Shown: positions 41,593 to 50,198 of the stretch, one piece after another
Numbering within the stretch: position 1 is the first letter of the stretch
How the letters are laid out: each line of letters opens with the position of its first letter
DNA from: Elusimicrobiota bacterium
GTDB lineage: Bacteria > Elusimicrobiota > Elusimicrobia > F11
Assembly (NCBI GenBank): GCA_046153645.1
Contig: JBJXGI010000042.1
Span: 32,001-96,000, forward strand
Direction: 5' to 3'
Length of the DNA stretch: 64,000 bases
Notes under the pieces: model-generated
What the model was told of the DNA's origin: nothing
What the model saw: only the letters and a program-made list of their open reading frames with translations
The model's database searches: none
Position numbers and translations under genes: made by a program

Positions 41593-42548
41593 ATAAATTT
41601 GGGTTTATGAAAACGTGCTTCTTTACGTTCACGTATCGCAGTGCTGTAGGTTTTTCGGATCGCTTCTAAAAGAAGTGAAAATTCTGCTGTCTGATCAAGC
41701 GTCATATCAATTCCAACAAGGGTGCCAAACCAATGAGGCATGTTTTCTCCTATTGAATGTCGATCTTTAAACGGATCGGCGTGCAACGAAGATCTCTTAC
41801 TTGTTTTTTTAAGCAATTTATAAAAACCGCTCCCACTATAGACGACAAAATAATCTCTGTTCACATGGGCTATAGATTTAATAAAAAAAAGACCCGCTCC
41901 TGCATTTTGTTCGGTCCCGCCTTCATTTTTTGTTTTTCCTGTGATTCCCGGCATTAACGCCATACGAATCCCATCTATATCCGTTTTGGCCAAATGGGAC
42001 TGATTGATTGAAGCTTTGATTCCCATTCCAGTGTCCGCAATTCCAATTCGAATCACATTACTCTTTGGATAATATTGGGCACAAAGAAGAGCTCCATATA
42101 GAGATTCTGAATGTTCAAGCACATTTCTCACCAATTCACTGACTATATAACCGATTGTTTTGGCCTGCTCAGCTTCCACATGGAGAAGTGGAATCATTTC
42201 AGTAATAAACTTGCTTAATTCTTCGGAGGTTTTAATTTGAGTAAGTGGAATAAATCGTCCGGCTGGTTCATGTTCAGTGATGCGAATATCCGTTGGAACA
42301 TTTAAAATTTTAAACAGTCCCATCCGAACCAAGTAATGTTTTGAACGCGCTTCTAATTTTTCACAATGGAAATTTTCCGGTTTAATGGTCATGCCAAGCG
42401 CCGCAATCATAGAGAGCACAAAAGGGTGAACGGAAATCCATTTACTATTGGCCGTCATTTCTAATATTTCAGGTGTTGATGGATCAAAGCTTCGCAAAAA
42501 AGGATCTATATTTCCTAAAAACGCACTATTGGGTAAGTGTATTCTCAT
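41589..42548 (-). CDS. GHKL/HATPase_c protein (anti-sigma kinase-like); start revised to ATG 42548
   Basis: N box SELVRNVLEHS, G1 IADTGMGI, G2 NAGAGL and GTLV; no HisKA domain seen. Confidence 0.82.
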   Translation of the reverse strand: MRIHLPNSAFLGNIDPFLRSFDPSTPEILEMTANSKWISVHPFVLSMIAALGMTIKPENFHCEKLEARSKHYLVRMGLFKILNVPTDIRITEHEPAGRFIPLTQIKTSEELSKFITEMIPLLHVEAEQAKTIGYIVSELVRNVLEHSESLYGALLCAQYYPKSNVIRIGIADTGMGIKASINQSHLAKTDIDGIRMALMPGITGKTKNEGGTEQNAGAGLFFIKSIAHVNRDYFVVYSGSGFYKLLKKTSKRSSLHADPFKDRHSIGENMPHWFGTLVGIDMTLDQTAEFSLLLEAIRKTYSTAIRERKEARFHKPKFI

Positions 42549-42554
42549 ATCAGA

Positions 42555-42610
42555 ATTATACCGGGAATCCCGGTATTTTGTCAATATTCCGGGATTCCCG
42601 GTATATTGAC
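42555..42610 (-). promoter_or_regulatory. Consensus sigma70 promoter with two palindromic operators
   Basis: TTGACA (42584-42579)-N18-TATAAT (42560-42555); CCGGGA-N-TCCCGG at 42561-42573 and 42589-42601. Confidence 0.8.
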
Positions 42611-42637
42611 CCTCCAAACTTCACTGAGTGTTGTGAG

Positions 42638-43561
42638 TTATTGAGGACTTAAATATTGAGAAGGAATAACTTCTCTGGAATCCATTGAAATAGGCCGCCA
42701 TAACAACTGAACTCTAGAGGGGCCACCATAATTCACGAAATCTATTCGAATGGGAAATTTTCCTTGTTTAAAATCGTTTAAACTAACCACAATGGGTTCA
42801 CGCCAATTAAAATTATTATCAACAATCAGTTTATCATCAATCCAAACTTTAATTCCATCGTCTGCCACGCCAATAATCTCATATTTTCCTGAAGACGGAA
42901 ACGTAATCCACCCCTTCCACCGAGCAGAAAAAATACTTAAGTCGCCGAAGTTTTCAATAGGATAGGCATTTCCCCAATTGAAATCAACAGCTAAATCTTT
43001 CCGGGAATAAATTAAATCTTTGAACTCACTCCCTCTAAAGTACTCGCATATAAGGCCGCGTTTTTCATTTAATTTATTTTGCCTTATCTGCCATATTCCA
43101 ATTCCTATAAATAATACGAAAGCAAACAAAGAAATAAATTTCCAATAAGGATAAACAAAACGATAAAAACCATTTTTAATAAAAGATAAAAACCGGTAAT
43201 AAATTGAAAGCTGTGGGTAAACGCTATAAATACTTTTCTCAATGAGATCTTCCGCTTTTTTAAGCATCTTTAAAAAAATATCGACCTGTTCAACATGAGC
43301 ATTTTCATCATGCCCATTATTGGCCAGAGAATAACTTTCAATTTGATTTAAAATGGTCATTTCTGATAAAAACTTTTCACTCTGAGGAAGGTGTTTAGCA
43401 AGATCTTTCATTGAATTTAAAATAAATGGCTTGGAAAATTCAATCAAATCAAAATTCTCTGAATCAATCAGATTTTTTATCCCTTCGATATTGGATTTAA
43501 GTTTGTTAAATTTCTTAGAAATTTCTTCAATACTCATTTTTCTCTCCATTCGATAACCCAA
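42638..43561 (-). CDS. Membrane-anchored PA14 domain protein (start may be ATG 43537)
   Basis: One TM; DFNWG, FSARWKG and ADDG..VWIDDKLIVD PA14 motifs. Confidence 0.8.
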   Translation of the reverse strand: MGYRMERKMSIEEISKKFNKLKSNIEGIKNLIDSENFDLIEFSKPFILNSMKDLAKHLPQSEKFLSEMTILNQIESYSLANNGHDENAHVEQVDIFLKMLKKAEDLIEKSIYSVYPQLSIYYRFLSFIKNGFYRFVYPYWKFISLFAFVLFIGIGIWQIRQNKLNEKRGLICEYFRGSEFKDLIYSRKDLAVDFNWGNAYPIENFGDLSIFSARWKGWITFPSSGKYEIIGVADDGIKVWIDDKLIVDNNFNWREPIVVSLNDFKQGKFPIRIDFVNYGGPSRVQLLWRPISMDSREVIPSQYLSPQ

Positions 43562-43598
43562 AGTAAATATTCATAGATTGTATTAAATATTATTTCAA

Positions 43599-44855
43599 CT
43601 AGGCCTTTATTAAATCCAGCATAAATTTAATTTGTGACGCACTACCAACAATCATTAAAAGTATGATTGATATCAATAAAAAATTCTTTTTTTCTCTAAA
43701 AAAACTCTGTATTGCTTGCGCGTATAACAAAGCCCATCCTAACCATAACCAAGAAAGGTATCGAAAATCCATAGAACAAGAATAAGGGCTCCGAGCAAGA
43801 TAAAAATAAGTAATGGGCACCACACCAACTAAAACTATTCCAAATAATTGGGTTGTTTTATTTAAGTTAATTTTAGAAACACTCATCAGGCACACCAAAA
43901 ATCTAACAACAAAAACAACCCAGGCCGTGTTTATTAAGAAAAAGGGATAATCGTGTTGGCCAAAAAGAGAACTGGAAAAACGATACAAAAAGTAATTTGT
44001 ACATTTTGAATAATAACCGACAAAATTGAGCGCATATGGATTATCAAATTGGCCACCAATGAGACCAGGAATTGAAAAAATGACTTTAAATGGAGATTCT
44101 TGGAGCCTTAATTCACCTCCTAAAATATCCCAATTAACAGGGAATAATTTACCCGTATAATAATAGTTGTGACCAATAATCCAGGGGAGAAATAGGGTCG
44201 TGGCACTGCCTAAGATAAAAAAATAAGAAAACGCGGTGTTCCAAGGAATCTTCTTTAAAACAGCTGACACTAAAACAATTGAGCTCGAAATCATCATACA
44301 CATAACAATATTTGATTTGGTATAGAGAGCCGCGGTTGTAACAAGGCCCAGCAAAACCAAAATGACTTTCTTTTTAGAATGAGAAAAATAAATATAACTT
44401 AAAAAGAAAAATAACATGCTTAATAATGAAAAAAGTGAATCGTTATTATAAGTAGTAAACATATACAGAAAAGCGGGTGCCGTCGAAATAAACAATAAAA
44501 CCACCATTGCTATCCAAACCTTTATTTTTATAAGCCTCAAAAATAAAATAATAATAATCAAACAAAGAAGCCCGTAGACAACAGAAAGTTTTCGAATATT
44601 TTCTACATGATGACCCCATTTTTTAATAACAAAGCTGTTGATTAAATAATAAAGCGGTGGATGATAGGTTTGCCAGGCTTCATCAGGAGAGGGCAGTCTA
44701 TCTTGATAGGCAATAATGTTTGTGTATTCTACGTGCCCTTCAAAATCATACGTTCTTGCATCATCAGGAGAATATCGGATATACATCAAGGCAAAAAGGA
44801 CCCAAAAAACAAGAAATAAACCAAGTAAAAAAAAATTAGAAATTTTTTTGGTCAA
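43599..44855 (-). CDS. GT-C fold membrane glycosyltransferase (ArnT/PMT-like)
   Basis: YDFEGH, YHPPLYY, NND and TK motifs; about 10 TM helices. Confidence 0.72.
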   Translation of the reverse strand: MTKKISNFFLLGLFLVFWVLFALMYIRYSPDDARTYDFEGHVEYTNIIAYQDRLPSPDEAWQTYHPPLYYLINSFVIKKWGHHVENIRKLSVVYGLLCLIIIILFLRLIKIKVWIAMVVLLFISTAPAFLYMFTTYNNDSLFSLLSMLFFFLSYIYFSHSKKKVILVLLGLVTTAALYTKSNIVMCMMISSSIVLVSAVLKKIPWNTAFSYFFILGSATTLFLPWIIGHNYYYTGKLFPVNWDILGGELRLQESPFKVIFSIPGLIGGQFDNPYALNFVGYYSKCTNYFLYRFSSSLFGQHDYPFFLINTAWVVFVVRFLVCLMSVSKINLNKTTQLFGIVLVGVVPITYFYLARSPYSCSMDFRYLSWLWLGWALLYAQAIQSFFREKKNFLLISIILLMIVGSASQIKFMLDLIKA

Positions 44856-46366
44856 GTTTTAGGCCTAATTGATTTTGGAACATCTCTTAAACCAGACGAC
44901 TGATTAGAATTCTGTTCAGCTTCTTCTATATATTCCGCGTCTTGATTGACATTCCAAGGGTCAAAAGAGTCAGACCCGGAAATAATATTTTGGACAGTGA
45001 GCATGGCTGTCATCATGGCATGATCTTGATTATTATATTTATGCATCCCATTTCTTCCTACGAAATGTAAATGGGGATAATCACTATCAACTGTTTTTCG
45101 AATTAAATCAACACAATCCTTATAAACATCGTCATAAACGGGGTAGGCTTTGGGTTGTCTGATAACGAATCCATCTTTAATGTCAGCTTCATGGGCTAAT
45201 CCTAATTTTACCAACTCTTGTTGCGCTAATTTAACCAGGTCTTTATCAGGCATTTCCCATAAACCGTCACCTTTAAAGCAAAAATATTCTAACGAATAAC
45301 ACGTCATGTTAGGATCAGGCACCATTTCCGGTGACCACGACTTAAAATTCTGAATTCTGCCCACCTGAACACTAGAATCGTGAATATAAATCCATTGATC
45401 TGGGAGGTTCACTTTATCTTTCAAAATAACGCCGACACAAATAAAATCGCGGTAATGTAATTTACTAGCAGCGCTCATAACGTCTTTATTGGGAACAGGT
45501 GAGAGCGCATGAATAACTTCACCCAAAGGAGCGGATGAAATAACGTGCTCCGCATTTATTTCTTTAACATCTTGTTCTTTAGTAATCCTCACTGTCCATA
45601 AAGAATTAGTTTTATCGAATTGAAAATGTGACGCTTTATAACCCATATAAACCAGGCCGCCCATCTTTTGAATCTTTTCAGAACACACGTCCCACATCAT
45701 CCCCGGGCCTTTTCGAGGATAACGAAACTCGTCTATAAGAGTTTTAATTTTTGTTTTCGATTTTTTAAAAGGGGATAAAGTTCTAAACGAATTTATTATG
45801 GCGCTGCCCAACGACAATTTCCCAATCCGTTGAGCGGCCCAATCAGCGGAAATATCTTTACACTTCATTCCCCACACTTTTTCCGTATAAGTTTTGAAGA
45901 ATATCTGAAAAAGTCTTTTACCAAATTGATTACTCACCCAATCTTCTAGATTGGTTGCATTTTTTACGGGAAACAATTGCGCCCATAAAAAAGATGAGAT
46001 ACATAACATGGTTTCAATGGGGCCCAAATTAAAAAAAGCTTCAAAGGGACGCAACGGGTAGGAGTAAAACTTCCCTTTATAAAAAATACGAGAAACTCTT
46101 TTACGAACAATAAGGTCTTTCTCTAAAAGCTCCGTCCACAAATCTTCCACCGCTTTGGATTTAGAATAAAACCGGTGCCCGCCAATATCACTGTAATACC
46201 CTTTATAATCAATTGTTTTAGAAATACCACCGACGTATTTTTCATCGGTTTCTACCACAATTACGAGTTTTCCTTGTTTTGCCAATAAATAAGCTGCGGT
46301 AAGGCCGGCAGGGCCGGCTCCAATAACGACCACTGATGTTTTTAAATTATTGTTGTTTTCCACCAA
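44852..46366 (-). CDS. FAD-dependent oxidoreductase, UDP-galactopyranose mutase-like
   Basis: GAGPAGL, DIGGHRF, YTEKVWG, WAAQRI, AYPVYD and GRNGMHKYNNQDH. Confidence 0.82.
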   Translation of the reverse strand: MVENNNNLKTSVVVIGAGPAGLTAAYLLAKQGKLVIVVETDEKYVGGISKTIDYKGYYSDIGGHRFYSKSKAVEDLWTELLEKDLIVRKRVSRIFYKGKFYSYPLRPFEAFFNLGPIETMLCISSFLWAQLFPVKNATNLEDWVSNQFGKRLFQIFFKTYTEKVWGMKCKDISADWAAQRIGKLSLGSAIINSFRTLSPFKKSKTKIKTLIDEFRYPRKGPGMMWDVCSEKIQKMGGLVYMGYKASHFQFDKTNSLWTVRITKEQDVKEINAEHVISSAPLGEVIHALSPVPNKDVMSAASKLHYRDFICVGVILKDKVNLPDQWIYIHDSSVQVGRIQNFKSWSPEMVPDPNMTCYSLEYFCFKGDGLWEMPDKDLVKLAQQELVKLGLAHEADIKDGFVIRQPKAYPVYDDVYKDCVDLIRKTVDSDYPHLHFVGRNGMHKYNNQDHAMMTAMLTVQNIISGSDSFDPWNVNQDAEYIEEAEQNSNQSSGLRDVPKSIRPKT

Positions 46367-46440
46367 TAAGCTCCAAATCTACAGACCTTTAAATTTTTAA
46401 TATATACTTGTGCACACAAACCCTTAACCTTTAATAGCAA

Positions 46441-47352
46441 ATGGAAGAAACTAATAATCTCATAAAAAAAGCGACTCTGGTTCTAGATTCCGCTTTTGCA
46501 ATGCTACATCAAGATCCATCGACAGCAAAACTACTTATTTTTAGAACTATCATAATATTAAAAAGAACCTACGAGGGGATAAGAATTGGAACAAATGATG
46601 ATCAGCAATATGAAATCCCAAACACATCAATTATCTATGAAGACTATGTACAAGAATTATTTAAAACTTCCCTTATAGATTTAGAAAAAATTTCCATTTC
46701 AGACAGCACACTGAAGATAACGTTAATTCAAACTAAAGATGAGCTAGAAAAACTCAAAAAAGAATTGGGTTTAAATTCTTTAAAAAAATATAAAAATAAA
46801 ATACTAAAAATTTTTCTTAGTAATTTTTTTCTGAAAAAAATATTACCAACATTAGTTTTTTCTTTCACTTCTTTATTTGTTATAAAAATAGTTTATCATC
46901 ACGTCATTGATAAAAAACATGGACTAACTACAGAATATTTCTCGGACCATAATTTATTATCACGAACGTTCGTAAACCACAATCGGGAAATCGATTTTGA
47001 CTGGGGATATTCTGGTCCTCTGCCTAATGGTCAAGCAGATTTTTTCTCAATTAGATGGGAAAGTTATTTATTCGTCCCAGAAGACAATGAATATAGTTTT
47101 ATAACACTGTCCGATGACGGGGTTCGGCTTTGGATTAATGATTTTTTACTTATTGATGACTGGATAAATCATCCTCCTATTTATAATGAAAATAAAATAC
47201 GCCTCCCAAAGGGATTCCATAAATTTAAGCTAGAATATTATGAGTATGATCTTACAGCAGGTGTAAGAGTCTTTTGGAGACCGCTAACGAGTAAAAAGAA
47301 AGAAATTATCAAACAAAAATTCTTCTATCTCGAAAATCCTATCAAAGGTTAA
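46441..47352 (+). CDS. Membrane-anchored PA14 domain protein
   Basis: One TM; IDFDWG, FSIRWE, SDDGVRLWINDFLLIDDW and LEYYE. Confidence 0.82.
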   Translation: MEETNNLIKKATLVLDSAFAMLHQDPSTAKLLIFRTIIILKRTYEGIRIGTNDDQQYEIPNTSIIYEDYVQELFKTSLIDLEKISISDSTLKITLIQTKDELEKLKKELGLNSLKKYKNKILKIFLSNFFLKKILPTLVFSFTSLFVIKIVYHHVIDKKHGLTTEYFSDHNLLSRTFVNHNREIDFDWGYSGPLPNGQADFFSIRWESYLFVPEDNEYSFITLSDDGVRLWINDFLLIDDWINHPPIYNENKIRLPKGFHKFKLEYYEYDLTAGVRVFWRPLTSKKKEIIKQKFFYLENPIKG

Positions 47353-47358
47353 ACTTCA

Positions 47359-48774
47359 ATCAATCACCTACAACGCATTAAATTTCAGATTTCTTACCTC
47401 CACAAGTCATTATTACAGTTATTTCCCATCAGTTTTATCACGATTGGAGCCATTCTTAGTTTAGCAATGCCAGCTGGTACCAACTTTGTTTGGGATGAAA
47501 ATGGTCATTGGTCTACGGCCGTGGCTCAGATGAAAAGTTTTCTTAGTGGAATATCTTACCCCGCTGAGTTTTCCTCGATTTATGGCAATTTAGTTGCTTA
47601 TCCTGGCTTTGTTCTAAGCCACCTGGTTATTTGGTTAATCCAACTCATGGATATATCTGTTCCTATCTATGGGACATTTCATCTATATCTAGCACGACTT
47701 CTTTCAGGTTTTGGTATTGCAATTTGCCTACATCGGTTTTGTACTTTAGCAGAAAGTGACCATCAACCAACCTGGGGAATTGTAAGTATTCTCAGTCTAT
47801 TTCTATCACCTTTATTCCTACAACGCTCGTTTGGCTTAAGCACCGATATTATGACTCACGCGCTGTCTATATTAGCTGTATCTGTTATTTTTTTTTGGGA
47901 CCGACTTAATTTTTTTGATGTATTTCTATTTTTTTTCTTTGGATTTGGAACTGCATTAGCGAAACCAAATGTGTTATTACTCTTTTTGAGCGTTTTGGTT
48001 TATTGTCATTTCATTTATAAGCAGGAAGAAATTATATCGACCCATAAACTATTTTTTTTCAATCTAACAAAAGCTCAGCTTTTTTTCTGGGCAGGAACTC
48101 TCATTTTTTTATTATTAGGTATTCAACATAGTATTTATTTTTTTTCGCATCAAAACAATGTCGCTGTTATTGCTGTAAAACCGAATATTTCATCTGCCAG
48201 ACAAATCGATTTTATTCTTAGAGAACCCTTATTTACTCTGAATATTTTTTGGAGGGAATTTATTGAAAATTTCTCAACCCACTATTTTTGGGGGCAGTCA
48301 ATAGAAAAAAAATACCCTGCTGTATATTCATTATTTGCAGTAAATCTATGGCAATCAATTTTCACAACTGCCATGATCTTTGAATTTAGTATGATTTTTT
48401 TTCACATTTCTTTACGAAAAATATATTTCAATTTTCACAATATATTTATAGGACTGCTTTTTCCTTTTGTTGGTATTGTTCTTTATGCTCTTAGCATAAT
48501 GTTAACAGCTTATGTGGGCTGGACACCTGTGGGATATCATTTTGTAACGGGGATTCAGTTCCGATATTTTATTCCCATTTTTATTATTGGGCTCAGTGTC
48601 TTATTTCATTCCTTATCTAAATTGACAAAAAATCCAAATTCTTTGGGAGAAGAAATCTATAATGCATCAATTTCAAACCATTTAATCTCACTAACAATCA
48701 AAGGATTTTGTTTTGTAATTTTGGTTTGTTATGGTCTTTTCTTTTATTTAGGCGTTATTGGTAAACCCGTTTGA
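47359..48774 (+). CDS. DUF2142-like multi-TM protein (GT-C-like); start uncertain (ATC 47359, first ATG 47467)
   Basis: P...WDENGH acidic motif after TM1; KP; late GIQFRYFIP motif; TM1 is encoded upstream of the first ATG. Confidence 0.68.
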   Translation: MNHLQRIKFQISYLHKSLLQLFPISFITIGAILSLAMPAGTNFVWDENGHWSTAVAQMKSFLSGISYPAEFSSIYGNLVAYPGFVLSHLVIWLIQLMDISVPIYGTFHLYLARLLSGFGIAICLHRFCTLAESDHQPTWGIVSILSLFLSPLFLQRSFGLSTDIMTHALSILAVSVIFFWDRLNFFDVFLFFFFGFGTALAKPNVLLLFLSVLVYCHFIYKQEEIISTHKLFFFNLTKAQLFFWAGTLIFLLLGIQHSIYFFSHQNNVAVIAVKPNISSARQIDFILREPLFTLNIFWREFIENFSTHYFWGQSIEKKYPAVYSLFAVNLWQSIFTTAMIFEFSMIFFHISLRKIYFNFHNIFIGLLFPFVGIVLYALSIMLTAYVGWTPVGYHFVTGIQFRYFIPIFIIGLSVLFHSLSKLTKNPNSLGEEIYNASISNHLISLTIKGFCFVILVCYGLFFYLGVIGKPV

Positions 48775-49448
48775 GATTCATTCTCAACGATAGCCAGAAG
48801 ATTACTAATTGCTCCTAAAAAATGAAATGTTTTGAATCTAATTTTCCGGTTTCGAAATACTTGTCGATTTATTTCCACAAATTCTTTTAGACTTAGCAAA
48901 TCTAGATGAGATTCGTCAGCCCATCTACTCATTCCAACACATCGGAGAAATAATCTATGAATTTTTTTGGGAAGCCAATGAAAAAAAGGAAGCATCGTAT
49001 GGAACTCCACCCAGTGATATCGATGGGGCGTAATAATAGCTATATATTTTTGAGATGATCTATCTAAAAGCTCTAAATGTTCTTTTTTTTGAATCTCATT
49101 TCCAACATGTTCAATAACTGCAGAAGATATAACTAAATCAAATCTTTCGGAACTGGAAATTCCATTTAAAAATCTATCAAATGGAATCAAATTAAAACCT
49201 AATTTCGAGGCCATTTGTAAACAATTCTCAGGAGATGTCACAGAAACATGACATCCTAAAAGTTTGGCCTGTCTTGAGAAGTAATTTGAATCAACACGTT
49301 CCATATCAGGCGTTGTACCGACTTCTAAAACTGATAAACCAGGATAAATAGGCAAATGCTTGAAAATCTCTTTTCTTAATTTTAAGGAAATACGAGTTTG
49401 CAACCAAACGAAAGGGTGATATTTATAAAAATAATTTATAGGGTTCAT
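48744..49448 (-). CDS. Class I SAM-dependent methyltransferase
   Basis: VLEVGTTP, FDLVISSAVIEHVG and TP...VEFHT.LPF.HWLP. Confidence 0.8.
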   Translation of the reverse strand: MNPINYFYKYHPFVWLQTRISLKLRKEIFKHLPIYPGLSVLEVGTTPDMERVDSNYFSRQAKLLGCHVSVTSPENCLQMASKLGFNLIPFDRFLNGISSSERFDLVISSAVIEHVGNEIQKKEHLELLDRSSQKYIAIITPHRYHWVEFHTMLPFFHWLPKKIHRLFLRCVGMSRWADESHLDLLSLKEFVEINRQVFRNRKIRFKTFHFLGAISNLLAIVENESQTGLPITPK

Positions 49449-50191
49449 CTTTCAAAGGAGTTAGAAGTATCTATTTTCTCCCATACAACCGTAAGATAAT
49501 GATTCTTAAAGCCATTAACAAATGTAGAAAAAATTCTTTTCATTAGAGATCTGGGATTTAATACGTAATAAAGCAATAAATTATCTCTCAAACTCTCCAT
49601 TCTTTTTTCTTTCCTTCCCAGCACTCTTAAAGGACTAAATGACTGTATCTGTAATAACTGATTTATTTCTTGATACCCAACTCTTTTAAAAAGACGGCGA
49701 AATGAATCCTGGGTAAAATCATGTAAATGGAAAGGAATAGCATCCATTGTCGGAGTTACAGGAACAGAATTAATCCACTTCCCACCAGGGCGAAGCATGA
49801 GGGAAATATTTGAAATAAATTTTTCTATATCAGGAAGATGTTCAATTGTTTCGAGTGAGACAATAGTGTCAAATCCTTCAGCATCGGAAAACTCGTAAGC
49901 GTCTTTAAGAACATAAATAATTTTTGGATTGGAATATTTTTTTTTCGCATAATCTATGGCAAACTCACTAATATCACAACCAATGATCTGCGATATTTTT
50001 TCCTCGCCATTTTTTAATAGAAAATGAGTACCATAACCAACACCACAAGCAATATCAAGAACACGGCCAGGCTTAATATTGTCTAAGGCAAATCTATATC
50101 GATCTAAATGAAGTCGAAGAGTCTCCTCACCTGTGATGTCTCCTTTCACTAAAGCTTCCGGGATTATCCTTTCCATGGAACTATTATTCAT
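49445..50191 (-). CDS. Class I SAM-dependent methyltransferase
   Basis: HLDRYRFA, VLDIACGVGYG, FDTIVSLETIEHL and LRPGG. Confidence 0.88.
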   Translation of the reverse strand: MNNSSMERIIPEALVKGDITGEETLRLHLDRYRFALDNIKPGRVLDIACGVGYGTHFLLKNGEEKISQIIGCDISEFAIDYAKKKYSNPKIIYVLKDAYEFSDAEGFDTIVSLETIEHLPDIEKFISNISLMLRPGGKWINSVPVTPTMDAIPFHLHDFTQDSFRRLFKRVGYQEINQLLQIQSFSPLRVLGRKEKRMESLRDNLLLYYVLNPRSLMKRIFSTFVNGFKNHYLTVVWEKIDTSNSFER

Positions 50192-50198
50192 TAAATCC

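Noticed and set aside
42549..42617. ORF-track N-terminus MEGQYTGNPG... and a possible mini-CRISPR in the CCGGGA repeats
   Set aside because: The segment is promoter and operator DNA; there are only two 13-bp palindromes 28 bp apart, with no spacers and no cas genes
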